From contig CP142726.1 of the NCBI GenBank assembly GCA_036630325.1, positions 868,001 to 932,000 on the forward strand: DNA of 64,000 nucleotides. Reading direction: 5' to 3'. This stretch comes from Vairimorpha necatrix. Taxonomy: Eukaryota. Below are positions 11,454-23,290 of the stretch, one piece after another (the stretch's first letter is position 1; each line of letters begins with the position of its first letter). The notes under the pieces were generated by a model. That model was given only the letters and a program-made list of their open reading frames with translations, had not been told where the DNA came from and did not search any database. The position numbers were made by a program, and so were the translations under genes.

Positions 11454-11714
11454 TTATCTTTTATAATATTGTCCCTTTTGCATATTACAATATTCTTTCC
11501 ATGTGGTTTCATTGAATCCATAATTAAAATAATCTGTTATGTCTTCCCCTGGTTTATTCCATGGCTTCTCGTCTAATTTTGTAATATCAAATTCAAACAA
11601 ATTCTTCTCGTCTTCAAGTGCTTCTTTGTTGTTTTTATCAATTACTAACTCAAGTTCATTTGAATCTTCTGAACTGTGGTAGTTCTCGTTTATAACAAAA
11701 TCTCTATTGTCCAT
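11454..11714 (-). CDS. FIP1: Pre-mRNA polyadenylation factor Fip1 (miniaturised, ~86 aa)
   Basis: Fip1 motif [38 protein letters not shown] at 11714 preceded by taccccaaa. Confidence 0.92.
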   Translation of the reverse strand: MDNRDFVINENYHSSEDSNELELVIDKNNKEALEDEKNLFEFDITKLDEKPWNKPGEDITDYFNYGFNETTWKEYCNMQKGQYYKR

Positions 11715-11819
11715 TTTGGGGGTAGAAACAATCAAACTTCTTATTATTAAATTTCGAAATTTATATAAATTTGATTGGTCAATTTTTCTACCATACAAAT
11801 TTTAACTTATAAATTTTAT

Positions 11820-13682
11820 TTAGCATCTCTCAAAATTCTTGTATAAATCTTTAAGACATTTCACTATGGTAAATGTCTTCAATACTTCTTTGGTACATTT
11901 CAAATCTTTTTTTAATACATTAAATACGCTTCTATTAATTTCTACATTCTTATAAATTTCTCCCAATTTGTAAAATATTTCTCTAAATACTTCTTCTTCG
12001 GTTTGGTTTTTAATATCAAATTCTTTCCACTTGTCTTCTTCACCTATGAAATCCCCAATTACGGGGACTCTTACTATCAAATTATTCTTAATTTCTATAC
12101 TGAAATATTCTTTGAGCATTTTAATAAATCCGGAATTGATTGTTTTGCACTTAAAAGAACAAGACTTGCTTTTTAAATTACCAAAATTATAAAGAAAATA
12201 ATGGTAAATTAAAACAGGAATTAAATCTAATAAATTACATTTCATTAGATATTGGTTATATTGGACCAATAAAAGTGGATCAGGTAGATTTACTACCCCG
12301 CAGAAGACTATGTCTTTTATAAATGATTGATCTATTTCTATTATTTCACTTTTTAAATTTTGGATGCTCAATAATTTGTACTCTAAAAATTTAGAACATG
12401 GCGAATGTTCATAAATTCTAGAATAAATGTTTATTAAGGAATCTTCATAATTTCTTTCTTTTATTGAAAATTCGGTTTCTTCCTTTTGATCTTTTACAGA
12501 ATAAATGCAATCCTCTAGATTTGAAGATTCTTTATAAATTATTTCTCTATTTATTGTATACCCAGTGTCAATATTCCTTTTATAGACACTTTTTGTCTCA
12601 TTAAGTCCTTCATCTAATATTTTATCTATCACTTCTACGATTAAATCTTCATACTCAATAAGTACCTCTTTTTTACTCGGGTGAACATTCACATCGATGT
12701 GCTTCACTGGTATTCGCAATTCTAAATAAAGAAAAGGATGTCTTCCTTTTGGTAAAATATTGTGATATTTCTTAGAAACTTGTGATTTAATATTCTGATT
12801 GGTGACAAGTCTGTTATTAATAAATAAAATGAAAGTATAAGTCCTGAAATTTATCATTGATGATGAGAAAATTAAAGTGATAAACTTGTTGGAAAATTGT
12901 CTAAGAGACGAAATTTTGTAAATTTTAGAGATTTGGTCTGATTTGAAACTTGTAAGGAAATCGTCGCATTTTTCATATGAAATTTGGTCTGATTTCTTGA
13001 ACTCTACGAGTTCATCATAAAAATCAAATGAGTCTTCTTCATTAGTGTGTGAATCTTCTTCATTAATGTGTGAATTGTCTTTTAAAATATTATTCTCAAT
13101 TATTTTATCATTGTAAAAATAATTTATATCATTAAACTGGAATCTTATATGACTATTTTTTATAGAAAACATATTTACCAGTTCATTTAAACTTCTAAAA
13201 ACTGACAACTTTTTATAAAAACATTTCTCCCGTATTTTATTATTAAAAAACAAATTTTTAATGATAACAGAAGTCCCATTATTCATAGATATTGGTATTA
13301 CTTCATCTTCTTTGAAATTTCTTATAAATCCAAGTTCATTATTCTTTGTCTTAGATTTAATAGTCAAATTAGATACACATCTTATGGAAGCGAGTGCTTC
13401 ACCTCGAAATCCATAAAAATGTGCGCCGTAAGTCGATGTCTCGAATTTGGAAGTGTGGTGTGGCAAAGCGAGATTTTGGAAATCTGACTCTTCGATTCCA
13501 CAACCATTATCGTGAACTTCAAGATTAAGATTATCTTTAGTAACTACGACTGATATTTGTGTAGATCCTGCGTCTATAGAATTTTCCAGTAATTCTTTTA
13601 AGACATTGTATGGACTTACAATTACTTCACCAGCGCAAATTCGTTTTTGTATTTCTGGCGACAATTTGACGATTTTGTGCAT
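11820..13682 (-). CDS. MLH1: DNA mismatch repair protein MLH1
   Basis: ICAGEVI, KELLENSIDAGST, DNGCGI, YGFRGEALASI, DVNVHPSKKEV and the diagnostic C-terminal FERC. Confidence 0.97.
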   Translation of the reverse strand: MHKIVKLSPEIQKRICAGEVIVSPYNVLKELLENSIDAGSTQISVVVTKDNLNLEVHDNGCGIEESDFQNLALPHHTSKFETSTYGAHFYGFRGEALASIRCVSNLTIKSKTKNNELGFIRNFKEDEVIPISMNNGTSVIIKNLFFNNKIREKCFYKKLSVFRSLNELVNMFSIKNSHIRFQFNDINYFYNDKIIENNILKDNSHINEEDSHTNEEDSFDFYDELVEFKKSDQISYEKCDDFLTSFKSDQISKIYKISSLRQFSNKFITLIFSSSMINFRTYTFILFINNRLVTNQNIKSQVSKKYHNILPKGRHPFLYLELRIPVKHIDVNVHPSKKEVLIEYEDLIVEVIDKILDEGLNETKSVYKRNIDTGYTINREIIYKESSNLEDCIYSVKDQKEETEFSIKERNYEDSLINIYSRIYEHSPCSKFLEYKLLSIQNLKSEIIEIDQSFIKDIVFCGVVNLPDPLLLVQYNQYLMKCNLLDLIPVLIYHYFLYNFGNLKSKSCSFKCKTINSGFIKMLKEYFSIEIKNNLIVRVPVIGDFIGEEDKWKEFDIKNQTEEEVFREIFYKLGEIYKNVEINRSVFNVLKKDLKCTKEVLKTFTIVKCLKDLYKNFERC

Positions 13683-13789
13683 GGGGCTGAAAGCAATTGA
13701 AAAGTTGACAAATTTATAATTGGAAAAAAAAATAAAGTACTTATATTAAAATAAACAAAAATGAAGCGCTTAAGTTAATTTACAACTTT

Positions 13790-14060
13790 GTGCAGAGTTC
13801 GAATCTTAATAGCGCAAATATAATAAAAAATCTTTGAGCGAATTCAGTGATTTGTAAAAAATATAGTAGCAGGGTTTAGCGTAAATCCATATGACGTCTG
13901 CTATGAGTTGTAGATTGTCTGCATTGTTGTAAAGGAAAACAACAGCTCTGGATTGTCGTGATAAATTGGGCCGTGGCTGTAAAGGCATTTGTAACACATA
14001 TTTGTAAGCCTTTTCTAATAAATTACATCTCAGTCCTAAAGTATAACGCAACATGTTTGT
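13790..14060 (-). mobile_element. Degenerate mariner-like transposase fragment
   Basis: RPNLSRQSRAVVFLYNNA and CYYIFYKSLNSL resemble mariner RP.L..R..VVFLHDNA and DYHLFRSLQNSL. No TIRs identified. Confidence 0.4.
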
Positions 14061-14683
14061 GGGACTCTTGCAGCTTTGTTAGATGACGAAGTCCCCTAAG
14101 TGAAGCCGACGCAAGTCCCATATACTATAATTGTCCTAGTAACCCTTGCCTGGTAGCAATTTAACAGATGTTGACCCTGTATGTAAAATATTTGGGCAAT
14201 TAGATTCATTTCTACTTCATGTAGGCCTGATGTGGTACGCTAACGCTGATCATATTTGAATGTTATGATTAGAGTTTTGGATGTTTTTTTTCGAATGAAA
14301 TCAACTAGAAAAAAATATGAGAATAGCTAGAAATTAGAATAACAATATGATGTAACATTATCATTAAAAAACTACTGTATCTTCAGTACTATAATTCAAA
14401 CATAATTTTAATACAATAAACTATTTAATTTATAACAAAATAAAACCTTGGCGGAAACCATCGAATAACGACACAAAATAACGTGTATTTCTTATGATTC
14501 TTAATAAAAAAAAATGATACAAACAATTTTTTAATTTCATTGTCTTTGATAAGGTTATATAAAACAGGCAAAAACATCAATGTCGTTAAATTTATCTATA
14601 GTTTTATGAACAATATCTTAAATAGTAAACCATTCCAACTGAACAATAAATATTTTAATTGGTGTATAATATATGTAGTCTAT

Positions 14684-14930
14684 ATTTCTAGTTTAACAAA
14701 GATAGGTTCCGCGTTAGCGTCTTCTGCTTTAAATAGCCTTTAGCCTCAAAGAACCTTTCCACGTCGGTTTGTCTGCTTTCCTTCAGTGGTCGAAAGAACT
14801 CCTTTAAGTGTCTTCTTCTGGATGTACGCTTATACCTTCTTAGGGATTTCAAGTCTTGTGGTATATGGTTTGTGGAACTTGGTCACTATACCGATTCAAG
14901 TGATTACGTAGAACATTATTTTTTTTATAA
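14684..14930 (-). mobile_element. RLE-type LINE 3' fragment
   Basis: Reverse complement aligns with 31800-32040 (tacgtaatcacttg...gacttgaaatccctaagaaggt...aacgcggaacctatc). Confidence 0.75.
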
Positions 14931-15534
14931 AACCATATATTAAGGCCAGTTTGAAAGGCACCGAACTACATGAACTTATCGTGCAACTGAACTATTTCAT
15001 AATAAATATACGTAAAGCATGAGTTTTTATAAAACTAGCTGTTTCTTATGCTACAAATTTATTTTGAGATTGGATTGTCCTAAAAAACTTGTAGCTGCGT
15101 ACTAAAAACAATAAATGAGAAATTGGCTGAAAAACATGTAAAAATATTAAAGTAGCAACATCACATGTTTTTTTTCAATATACACCATTTCCTTTTCTAA
15201 AGTATTCACTTAAGATAAAAAATTGTCAACTCAAATTGTTCTTATTATTGTTTTTTAAAAAAGAAAACAATGAAAATAATAACAAGTTTTCATGAATCAT
15301 ATAATGATACGTATGCTATTCTCAATGTATATTGAAAAAATCGAGTCTTCTATGAAAACATGTTCGATTATCATGCAATCAATATTAAAAAATTTCAAAA
15401 TTTAATTTTATCAATAAACAGATATTCAAAAATCAAATACAAAAAAATTGAATTTAAGAATAATTTTGATGTAATGACGGTATAAATAAAGCTTTTTTTC
15501 GATCATTTAACATTTCAATATAATTATCTGAGAA

Positions 15535-15615
15535 AATCATTTCATCTTTATTAATATCATGATTTTATAAATCCTTCATCTTTATTAATATAATGATTTT
15601 ATAAATCATTCATTT
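15535..15615. repeat. Short tandem repeat, ~34-bp unit x ~2.3
   Basis: aaatc.ttcatctttattaatat.atgattttat repeated. Confidence 0.7.
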
Positions 15616-16003
15616 AATATTAAAAAGTAATGATTAAAATATTAATATAGATCACATATCTATATTTTATAAAATTCAGAAACTAACATCAACTAAAATA
15701 TATAATAATGACATCAAATGATGTTCTAAACTTATCTATTTCTATGTTTTTGTTTGTTGATTGATATTGAGTTGTATTGTTGATAACAAAATATTAATAA
15801 GAACTATAAATCAGATAGATAAAAAACAAAGCTCATTTGTTTGATTGCAAATTTTTCATTTGTGGACGTTTATTTCTATATAAATACAATAGTACATCAA
15901 AAGTACGAAAACATTTTAGACAATCTAATGCAAAACACTTCTTTTAAACTAATATTGTTTTATTATAAAAACTATATAATCAATTTAAAATCTAAATTTT
16001 TTC

Positions 16004-17215
16004 GGCGCTACTTCATTTTCTTGCCCCCCCCTAGAAAAAAAAATTATTTAGAAGAAATTTTATTTATTCAAACCTACAAAGTTCTAAAAATTTTATATAA
16101 GCACACCTATGATCATCATTATTAGAATGATTGATATTTCTTTTTTTTCAAAGCAAATTCTTTTAGAAATAAATTAATCCTATGCCTTTAAAGCCCACTT
16201 CTCGATCTATATTTATTCTTCAAAAGGACCACAAATATTCTATATTATTTGTGTGGTCTCCTTCTGCATTTATAAATCCAAGCGAATGATTTACTATGTA
16301 ATGTTCACTCCCAAAATTTTCAGAGGCTGATGGGTATGAAGGGTATCCATCAGTAATTATAATAGAGCCACGTTTTACTCTGCGTCTAAAAAAGTCTTCA
16401 ATAGTACTAGATTGTCGATTAGGTAGCAATTCAAGAACAAATTCTCCACAATTACCTTCTACTATGCCGCCCATAATCCATTGAATTCCAGGCATGGAAT
16501 CCAAAGTTGAAGAAGGATTAGATACAATTAACCCGTTGCATATGGCGGTTTCATCATATTGTACACGAACAGAAGTTCCTCCAATTTGGTAGCTATCATC
16601 GCTTTTAAAAGCAATAATTTCCATCACTGTATCCTTGATTTTGATATATATATTTTCACATATTTTGCAAAGATCTATTGCTTGGTAAGTAATATAATTA
16701 AATACCCAGCAATAGAATGCTCAAAAAATTTTGTGAAATGGAACGCTTATCCCTTTAAACATCGTACCATTTTTAAGTGAGTTCTTCGAACTACGCTTTT
16801 TATTAACACAATGATAAGCTTTACCGTCAATGTAGCCGGAACATCCACTATTGCTCATAAGAACAGTTCGTTCTGATCTCGAACAATGTCTGCAAGCAAT
16901 CGATCTTTTTAGAAGACCATTATCTAAAAAGATTATCAATTGCTGCTTCATTGTTCCTAAAGCACGACCCTCGCAGATATTTAGCTCTCGAATACCCTCT
17001 GCAGATTCCACATTAAAGGGTTAAAAAATTAAAAATTTTTAACCCCTTACTGAGGAATCTGCAGGAGGCATTTAAAAATTCTCAAATCGACAAAAAATAC
17101 CTTAACCTCATTTTCTTGCCCCCCCTCAAAAAAATGTTTATTTTTGAAAAATAACACGATTTTGTATCTTTTTTTTGATGTTTTTTTAGGGGGGGCAATA
17201 AAATATAGTAGCGCC
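16004..17215 (-). mobile_element. Merlin DNA transposon, frameshifted transposase
   Basis: TIRs GGCGCTACTTCATTTTCTTGCCCCCCC / GGGGGGCAATAAAATATAGTAGCGCC. Motifs VQYDET, IITDGYPSY, VNHSLGF...HTNNIE..W. No matching TSD seen. Confidence 0.88.
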
Positions 17216-18064
17216 AGCCTGGAAATCTGAAGACTAAAATTTCCGTCGTTATTACTATTTCCTTAGAAGGTACTGTTTTAAGGGGAATGGCCATTTTAAA
17301 AGGCCTTAAAAAACCACCAAAATGCTTTGTGCCAAATAATCTTTTTGTAGCTACATCAGAATCAGGGAACATGGATCAAAATCTGATGTTGTTATGGATT
17401 CGTGCATGTTTAAACAAATATGAGCTATTTGAAAATAGAAAAAAAAAACTTCTTATTCTTGACACCTATAAATCTCACTATACTGAAAAAGTTATGGAAA
17501 GTTTTGCTAATAATAACATTGAAACCGTTTTAATTCCTTCAAAACTACGTCTTATTTACAACCATTGGATGTTTTGATAAATTCTTCATTTAAGGCCGAA
17601 TTTAAATTGAAAATGGAAGGAATGGCTTGCAAACGGGTCAAAGAAATATACAAATAAAGATTATAGGCGTAGACCGAGCTGGGAATATATTTTGAATTCA
17701 ATAGCGGATGCATTAAAAAAAATAACTCCTGAAATGGCTTCTAAGACTTTTAGATTGTGTGGAACAGATTCAATTTTTCATGAAAACAATACTTTTAATT
17801 TAAACAATAAACTTCAAAATGTTCTTAATTGTGCTGAAATTGAAGACGAAGGCCTAGACTGTGAAAATTTATTTGAAGATTTTATAGAAATTTAAATGTC
17901 TTTGTAATAAAGGGTTCAATTTTTCTAATATAATTTTTTTACCATTTGGCTGGGGGGAGGATCGCTTATATGGGTGGATCCCTTATACTAGTATAATAAT
18001 TTCTTTTTAAAAAGTCGCAAAATTCGACTTTTGGAGTGGATCTCTTAACCCGGAAACCCCGGTA
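17216..18064 (+). mobile_element. pogo/Tigger-like DDE transposase 3' half, pseudogenised
   Basis: KKLLILDTYKSH, LIPSK then (frameshifted) TTSYLQPLDV; candidate terminus ...ggaaaccccggTA at 18064. Confidence 0.8.
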
Positions 18065-19965
18065 CCTTTTAGGTGCTTCGTTATTTTTTTGCGCCCTGAA
18101 AACACTGGAAACTGAGACGGCCTTTATGTTTTAATTTAGTGTGGGCTGCGCTTTAGTGAATGAATACAGAATAATAAAAAAATTGTGTATATATATTCGG
18201 GGATTAGAAAAAAAGTATTACCAAAAAAATCCGTTTGATACTCTATTTTAGTTCTTTCCCCACACTTAAACCTGTGGCGGTCTATGTACGAATTGTCCAA
18301 AGTTAATGCCATTATCAGGACAATTCGTAATTTTTATGGTAGGTTTTAGCAGATTCACATCAAGTAGCCAGATAATGTCTCATGTGGGTCTTGAAAGATT
18401 TTTGACCTACTGTCAAGTGGCCCCAGGCATACCATAAGGATAAAAAATTTTGGATAAAATTATTTAAAAAGCGTAGAAGTTTAAAACTCAAGAATGCTAT
18501 TTGAATAAAATTTGAACATTTCTGTAAAACTTCGACTTTCGGTATATGATTTACAAAAACATTTCCCCATTTTACGGCCTGTGCCGGATTCAGTACAAAA
18601 AATAGGAAAAGTCCGGGGTTTGAAACTTGCACCTAATTTGTATACTATTTTAATATTAAAATAAATTATAATTTTATTAATTACTACCTAAATTTATACG
18701 ACTATAAGCTCTAAAAATGGTTGTTCTGTATTTTTATGATATTTGTGAAAATCGATCGTTTTCTTATAAAAATTTATATGAGGTTGTCTATGAACATAAA
18801 AAATGACTCATTAATTATTAAATATGAGATTATATATAACAATTGTAGAATCTATTTTTTATAAAAACGTCAGAAATGTATGGTTTTGTAAATGAGTCTC
18901 TCTATAGATGAGAGAGTGGCGTTTATTAAATATAAATACACGAATTCAAAAACTAACATTTTGGATTCCTTTATAAAAAAAAGTTGGTCCGAAAAAGTTA
19001 AACATAGTAAAAAAGAACCATGTAATGTGTACTACGAAAATAAATCAAAAAATATATATAAATAAAAAAGTCTATTTGAATTAAGATGATACATCTAAAT
19101 GTTCAAATAAATCATTTTTCCATTTTTTTACGATAAATGTGTCGGTCATTTTTTACCTTTTAAAGTTTTTTTTCACGGGATATTTTATATTTTGGTCAAC
19201 TTTTTCAGATTAATAAATTTTTAAACATAATTTTGTTTATAAATGTTGAAATAAAAATATATCGAAATATTTTTATTTCTAATTTACAGATTTAGTAAAT
19301 ATTCGCCAAACAAATTGTTCACAATTATTGCAAATTGATATCTAAAAATTAATCTTTAAAAATATTTTGATTTCTGTAAAATCAATTTTATATAATATCC
19401 TTTTCGATTAAATCATTGTTAATAGATTTACCTGAACTATCTAAAATTATTTTCACAAATAATGATATTTAATACATTTAAATTTTAAAAAGCTAAAGTT
19501 ATTTTCCAAACCAATTATATTTGATTAGAATCGATATCATTGTAATTTTTGTGATAAAATATGGTACAAATACAAAGTGAACCCTTAGCAATTATGGTTA
19601 TATCGTAAGATTTTTTAGAGCAATTTAAATGCAATTAAAATTATCTTTAGTTAATTATTATACGATACCTGCATTAAAAGCTTAATTTTAAAATATTTTT
19701 ATCTTTATTTTTTACTTTGCTTTAATAAAAGTTATATATTTATATATGAACTAAACAAACAAAATTTATAATAAATTTCTACAGAATTTTATATTAATAA
19801 GTTTGTTTTTATATAGGATTTTTTAAAAATTGATTAGAATGATGAAACCAATATTAAATTAAAAAATTCAAACCAACAAAAAAACTATTTTATGATGAGA
19901 TACACTTCAAATGATTAATTAAATTCGGTTTTCTATAAATTAAAGTTTATTTAACACCCCACTAA

Positions 19966-21195
19966 ATGTTTTGGGGGCTTCTTATAGTTTTTCTACATAT
20001 CCACAAGTACAAAGCTAATCCTCTACTCGAAGAAAAAACCGAGGAAACCGAGCTATGTAAAAAACACCTGTCAATTAATGATTATACTTTTAAGGGAGAT
20101 TACTATAATGACGAGAAATTTAAACGAATATCAAAGATAATATTTTATACTGTTTTAGGTAAAATAAAATTTCCATTAGATAAACATTATCATTATTTTT
20201 CCAGGGATACCGATGTAAATTATAAGATCTCCTTCAAAGACCTTAAATATGCCGAATATATGAATTTTATAATGAACCGCGCAGATGATGCTTTAAATCT
20301 TGATGATAGTAGTCAAGAAGACGAAAAACATTATAAAGCTCAAGCAATTAGAGATTTATTAGCCGGTCTCGCAAGTTATACTAAAGGATTTATGCATGCC
20401 TTGGTCTGTATTAATTATAGGGATAATGAAATTGATGTTGAAACAATTAAACTTTTTCTTGATAAATATTTAAAGATAACACAGAATACTGAGGAAAAAA
20501 CTCTTAGTTTGGCGAAGTTCAATTTAGAAAAAAATAACTTTTTTAATGATTTAAATGAAAGTGTTAACATAGGAAAAACTGACGATGTTAGTACCCGAGA
20601 AGCCGACCTAATTACCAGACGAAGAAACAAACGCGGAGCAAAATTATTAAATGAAAGTGCCGAAATGCTGGACAATGACAACAATAACACCAAATTGAAT
20701 AATACTTCCATTCAAGACAGTAGCAGCGATGACAATAAGAAAAATTTCATTGGTTGCCAAGAAACTAATGATGCTTTTCAATCAAATACTAATATCAACA
20801 TTCAGTTAAATAATATTATTACTCAAGGCAATAATCCACAAGATAATAATATTAACAAGCGAAACGATAGTAACAATGAAACTGAAGAAATGTATGACGA
20901 TGGACAAGAAAATAAACATATCAACATTCCAGCGGATCTATCTATTGACATTGAAGCAGATCGAAATAATATCACAAGAAATAATAATTTTATCAGTCAA
21001 GACAATAGTAGCAGTATTGCGTCAGATTCCACAGACATGTTTAAAGAACTTACCTCACTCATGCAACATAAACCCCTTATTACCACTCATGATAATGTTA
21101 ATAATCTAGGCATGACAACTTATTATAGTCCAAATTATCTGTCGGGGGCTTGCTTATTGCACATTTTGTTTCGTAATTCTTTAGGTTTAAATTAA
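19966..21195 (+). CDS. Putative secreted/surface Asn-rich protein, paralog of 26704-27990
   Basis: Hydrophobic N-terminus, conserved ~190-aa domain, N/D-rich linker, hydrophobic C-terminus; CCCC motif before the ATG. Confidence 0.85.
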   Translation: MFWGLLIVFLHIHKYKANPLLEEKTEETELCKKHLSINDYTFKGDYYNDEKFKRISKIIFYTVLGKIKFPLDKHYHYFSRDTDVNYKISFKDLKYAEYMNFIMNRADDALNLDDSSQEDEKHYKAQAIRDLLAGLASYTKGFMHALVCINYRDNEIDVETIKLFLDKYLKITQNTEEKTLSLAKFNLEKNNFFNDLNESVNIGKTDDVSTREADLITRRRNKRGAKLLNESAEMLDNDNNNTKLNNTSIQDSSSDDNKKNFIGCQETNDAFQSNTNINIQLNNIITQGNNPQDNNINKRNDSNNETEEMYDDGQENKHINIPADLSIDIEADRNNITRNNNFISQDNSSSIASDSTDMFKELTSLMQHKPLITTHDNVNNLGMTTYYSPNYLSGACLLHILFRNSLGLN

Positions 21196-21478
21196 AAATG
21201 TATGATTAAAAAAAAATAATGTAATACGTAAATAATATTTTGTCTATTTTTTAAGTATTTAATATTACATAAAACCATTTTATGTTTTTCGGAGTTTTAT
21301 AGATTAGACCAATTTTTTTTCGAGTCATTTTAGTTATTAAATATTATTCTAAAAAATTAAATAGTAAAAGGGGAGCAAACAAAGTTCAAAAATTACTAAC
21401 ACCTACAAATACTAAGAATACAAAAAAAAACATATTCTTTGTTTAATATAATTTCATCTCGGCGAGATTAAATAAATT

Positions 21479-22602
21479 GAGCTTCTCATAGCCCAGGGAT
21501 CAAATGCAGAGCTCGTGATTGGGCATCGCTTGGTTTATTTTTTCAAGGGCATCAAAAAGGTTCTACTTTTACGATAAAATTTAAACAACTAACTATGAAA
21601 ATAGATTCGATACCTTATTATTGATTCATTGAAACTTTTGCAAGTCCAACCATAAGAGGATTGTCATCTGGATTAGGAACGCGTCTTTAGGCCAAAACAA
21701 TATCATTCTACTGCTGACTTATCGAAACATAAAATTATCTGTTGGTACGGCCGATTTGTAGCCAATTTTGCTTCATTCTGGTGTGGATTTTAAGAGTCAA
21801 CTAAGCGACGAAACAAGAAGTGCAGTGAAAGGCCCGTATTTTCTATCTTACAGATTCTATAACACAGAATACGATTTTGTGGCGACTAGTGGTCAATAGA
21901 GTCCAATAAAATGCCGGCGAAAGAGTGACAGTGTACAGTACCGCATGTGACTACAGACGATTGTTAAGTAATATGAGCTAGTACGGTAATGTCTTTTCCC
22001 GGAGTATGAAAAACATGTCCATTAATTATACCCTCTTTGAGGTTACTCGAAACGCGATTTGAGGTTTTATTGAAAATAATATCCGGAAGCCGATGTTAAC
22101 GGAACGTGAGCTTGCTCTACCGATAAGTTAAGTAAAGGATGTTTTAGTATGTGGCGTGTTTACCGGGAAGCTTGCCTGTGGCAAGGAAGTATTCAATGAT
22201 GCTACGGTTTGGGAAGCCGTAAACCCCGGAGTTAAAAGAGTTAGAGTGAAAGGGTTGTTTATTGTTATGAAAAGAGTTTTGTTTATCTGATTTGTAGAAG
22301 GAAGAGTGTTTGTTTGCGTTCTGATGTTGTACCATGTTGTTCATGGAATTTCTCTATTTATATACATGGTAACCAATAGAGAAGAAATAAGATTTGGCTG
22401 ACCAATAATAGTCGACCATAACTGATCGTTCCAAAGAAGCATCAGCGTTTAAGTATTTATTGGTTTTTAACAATCATGTGGTATGATTCATTATACCACA
22501 GTATGTAAGCTCAAAAAATTTCCGTATGTATGAATTAACCCCAAATTTAATCTGTCCTTCTGCAAAGCTTCTCCTCCTCTCTTACTTGCAAAGAAAAAAA
22601 AT
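21479..22602 (+). mobile_element. Old full-length SINE copy carrying a ~350-bp insertion
   Basis: Degenerate tRNA head (tagcccag...attgggca...ggttt...agggcatcaaaa), colinear body, 3' end cttacttgcaaagaaaaaaaa, 11-bp TSD ttaaataaatt (21468-21478) / ttaaacaaatt (22603-22613). Confidence 0.75.
22150..22500 (-). mobile_element. Solo-LTR-like insertion inside a SINE copy
   Basis: TGTGG...CCACA termini, overlapping direct repeat agtatgt at both junctions, TATATAAA and AATAAA on the minus strand; removing it restores SINE colinearity. Confidence 0.55.
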
Positions 22603-22999
22603 TTAAACAAATTCTAAGAATTAAGTGTGCAAAAAATCTTTTGTTTTATGGTCATTATTTTGTAAAAAATGTTTTTTAGGGAGATTTATGGATAAAATTC
22701 TTTTATTTTATAAAGTAAATGGTAAAAAAGAGCAAAAATAAAATACAAAACATTAATTAATACGTCAGAAGGTTCATATTCAAATATTTGCCTTTCAATT
22801 TCAGAATCAATTTTCATTGACAACTTTTAAAATTGTTTATGTTTGCAATCAAATTTGACAGAATTTTATACGATCGGCATTTTTGACATAAATTTAGCTG
22901 TAATTGTTTGATTAAAATTTTATTTTTGTTAAAATATCAATGTTTTTCCTTTTTTATTTTATATAGTTTATATTTACTTTTGTGCACCGTCTAATACCT

Positions 23000-23290
23000 A
23001 TTTTTTTCTTTGCAAGTAAGATGTAGGGCGAAACCTTACGTGGGGATAAGAAAGATTAGAAAGGGGGTTTCTCAATTGGTAATGCGATATTCTTACTCAC
23101 TAAAACCCTCTTCATTTATTGGTAGTGCTGCAAGCTTCGCCGTGGCCATTGGACTTTGGCACCATGGGAATTTGTTTACTTTATAACTCAAATCGCGCCC
23201 AGAGTGGTCTCTTAGCAGATATACTAAAAGTGTATTATCTTCTATACCCCGAGGGGAAACATCATCGTACTAACTCAAAGGTTTTTACGA
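23000..23290 (-). mobile_element. 5'-truncated SINE copy
   Basis: ttttttctttgcaagtaag...ttcttactcactaaaa...catcatcgtactaactcaaagg matches 50314-50590. Confidence 0.8.

Noticed and set aside
11715-11798. N-terminal extension of FIP1 in the ORF track
   Set aside because: Starts at a non-ATG codon; the CCC motif marks ATG 11714 as the start.
18069-18634. Possible TIR element (taggtgc...gcaccta)
   Set aside because: Only 7 bp of inverted match, no TSD, no recognisable coding remnant.
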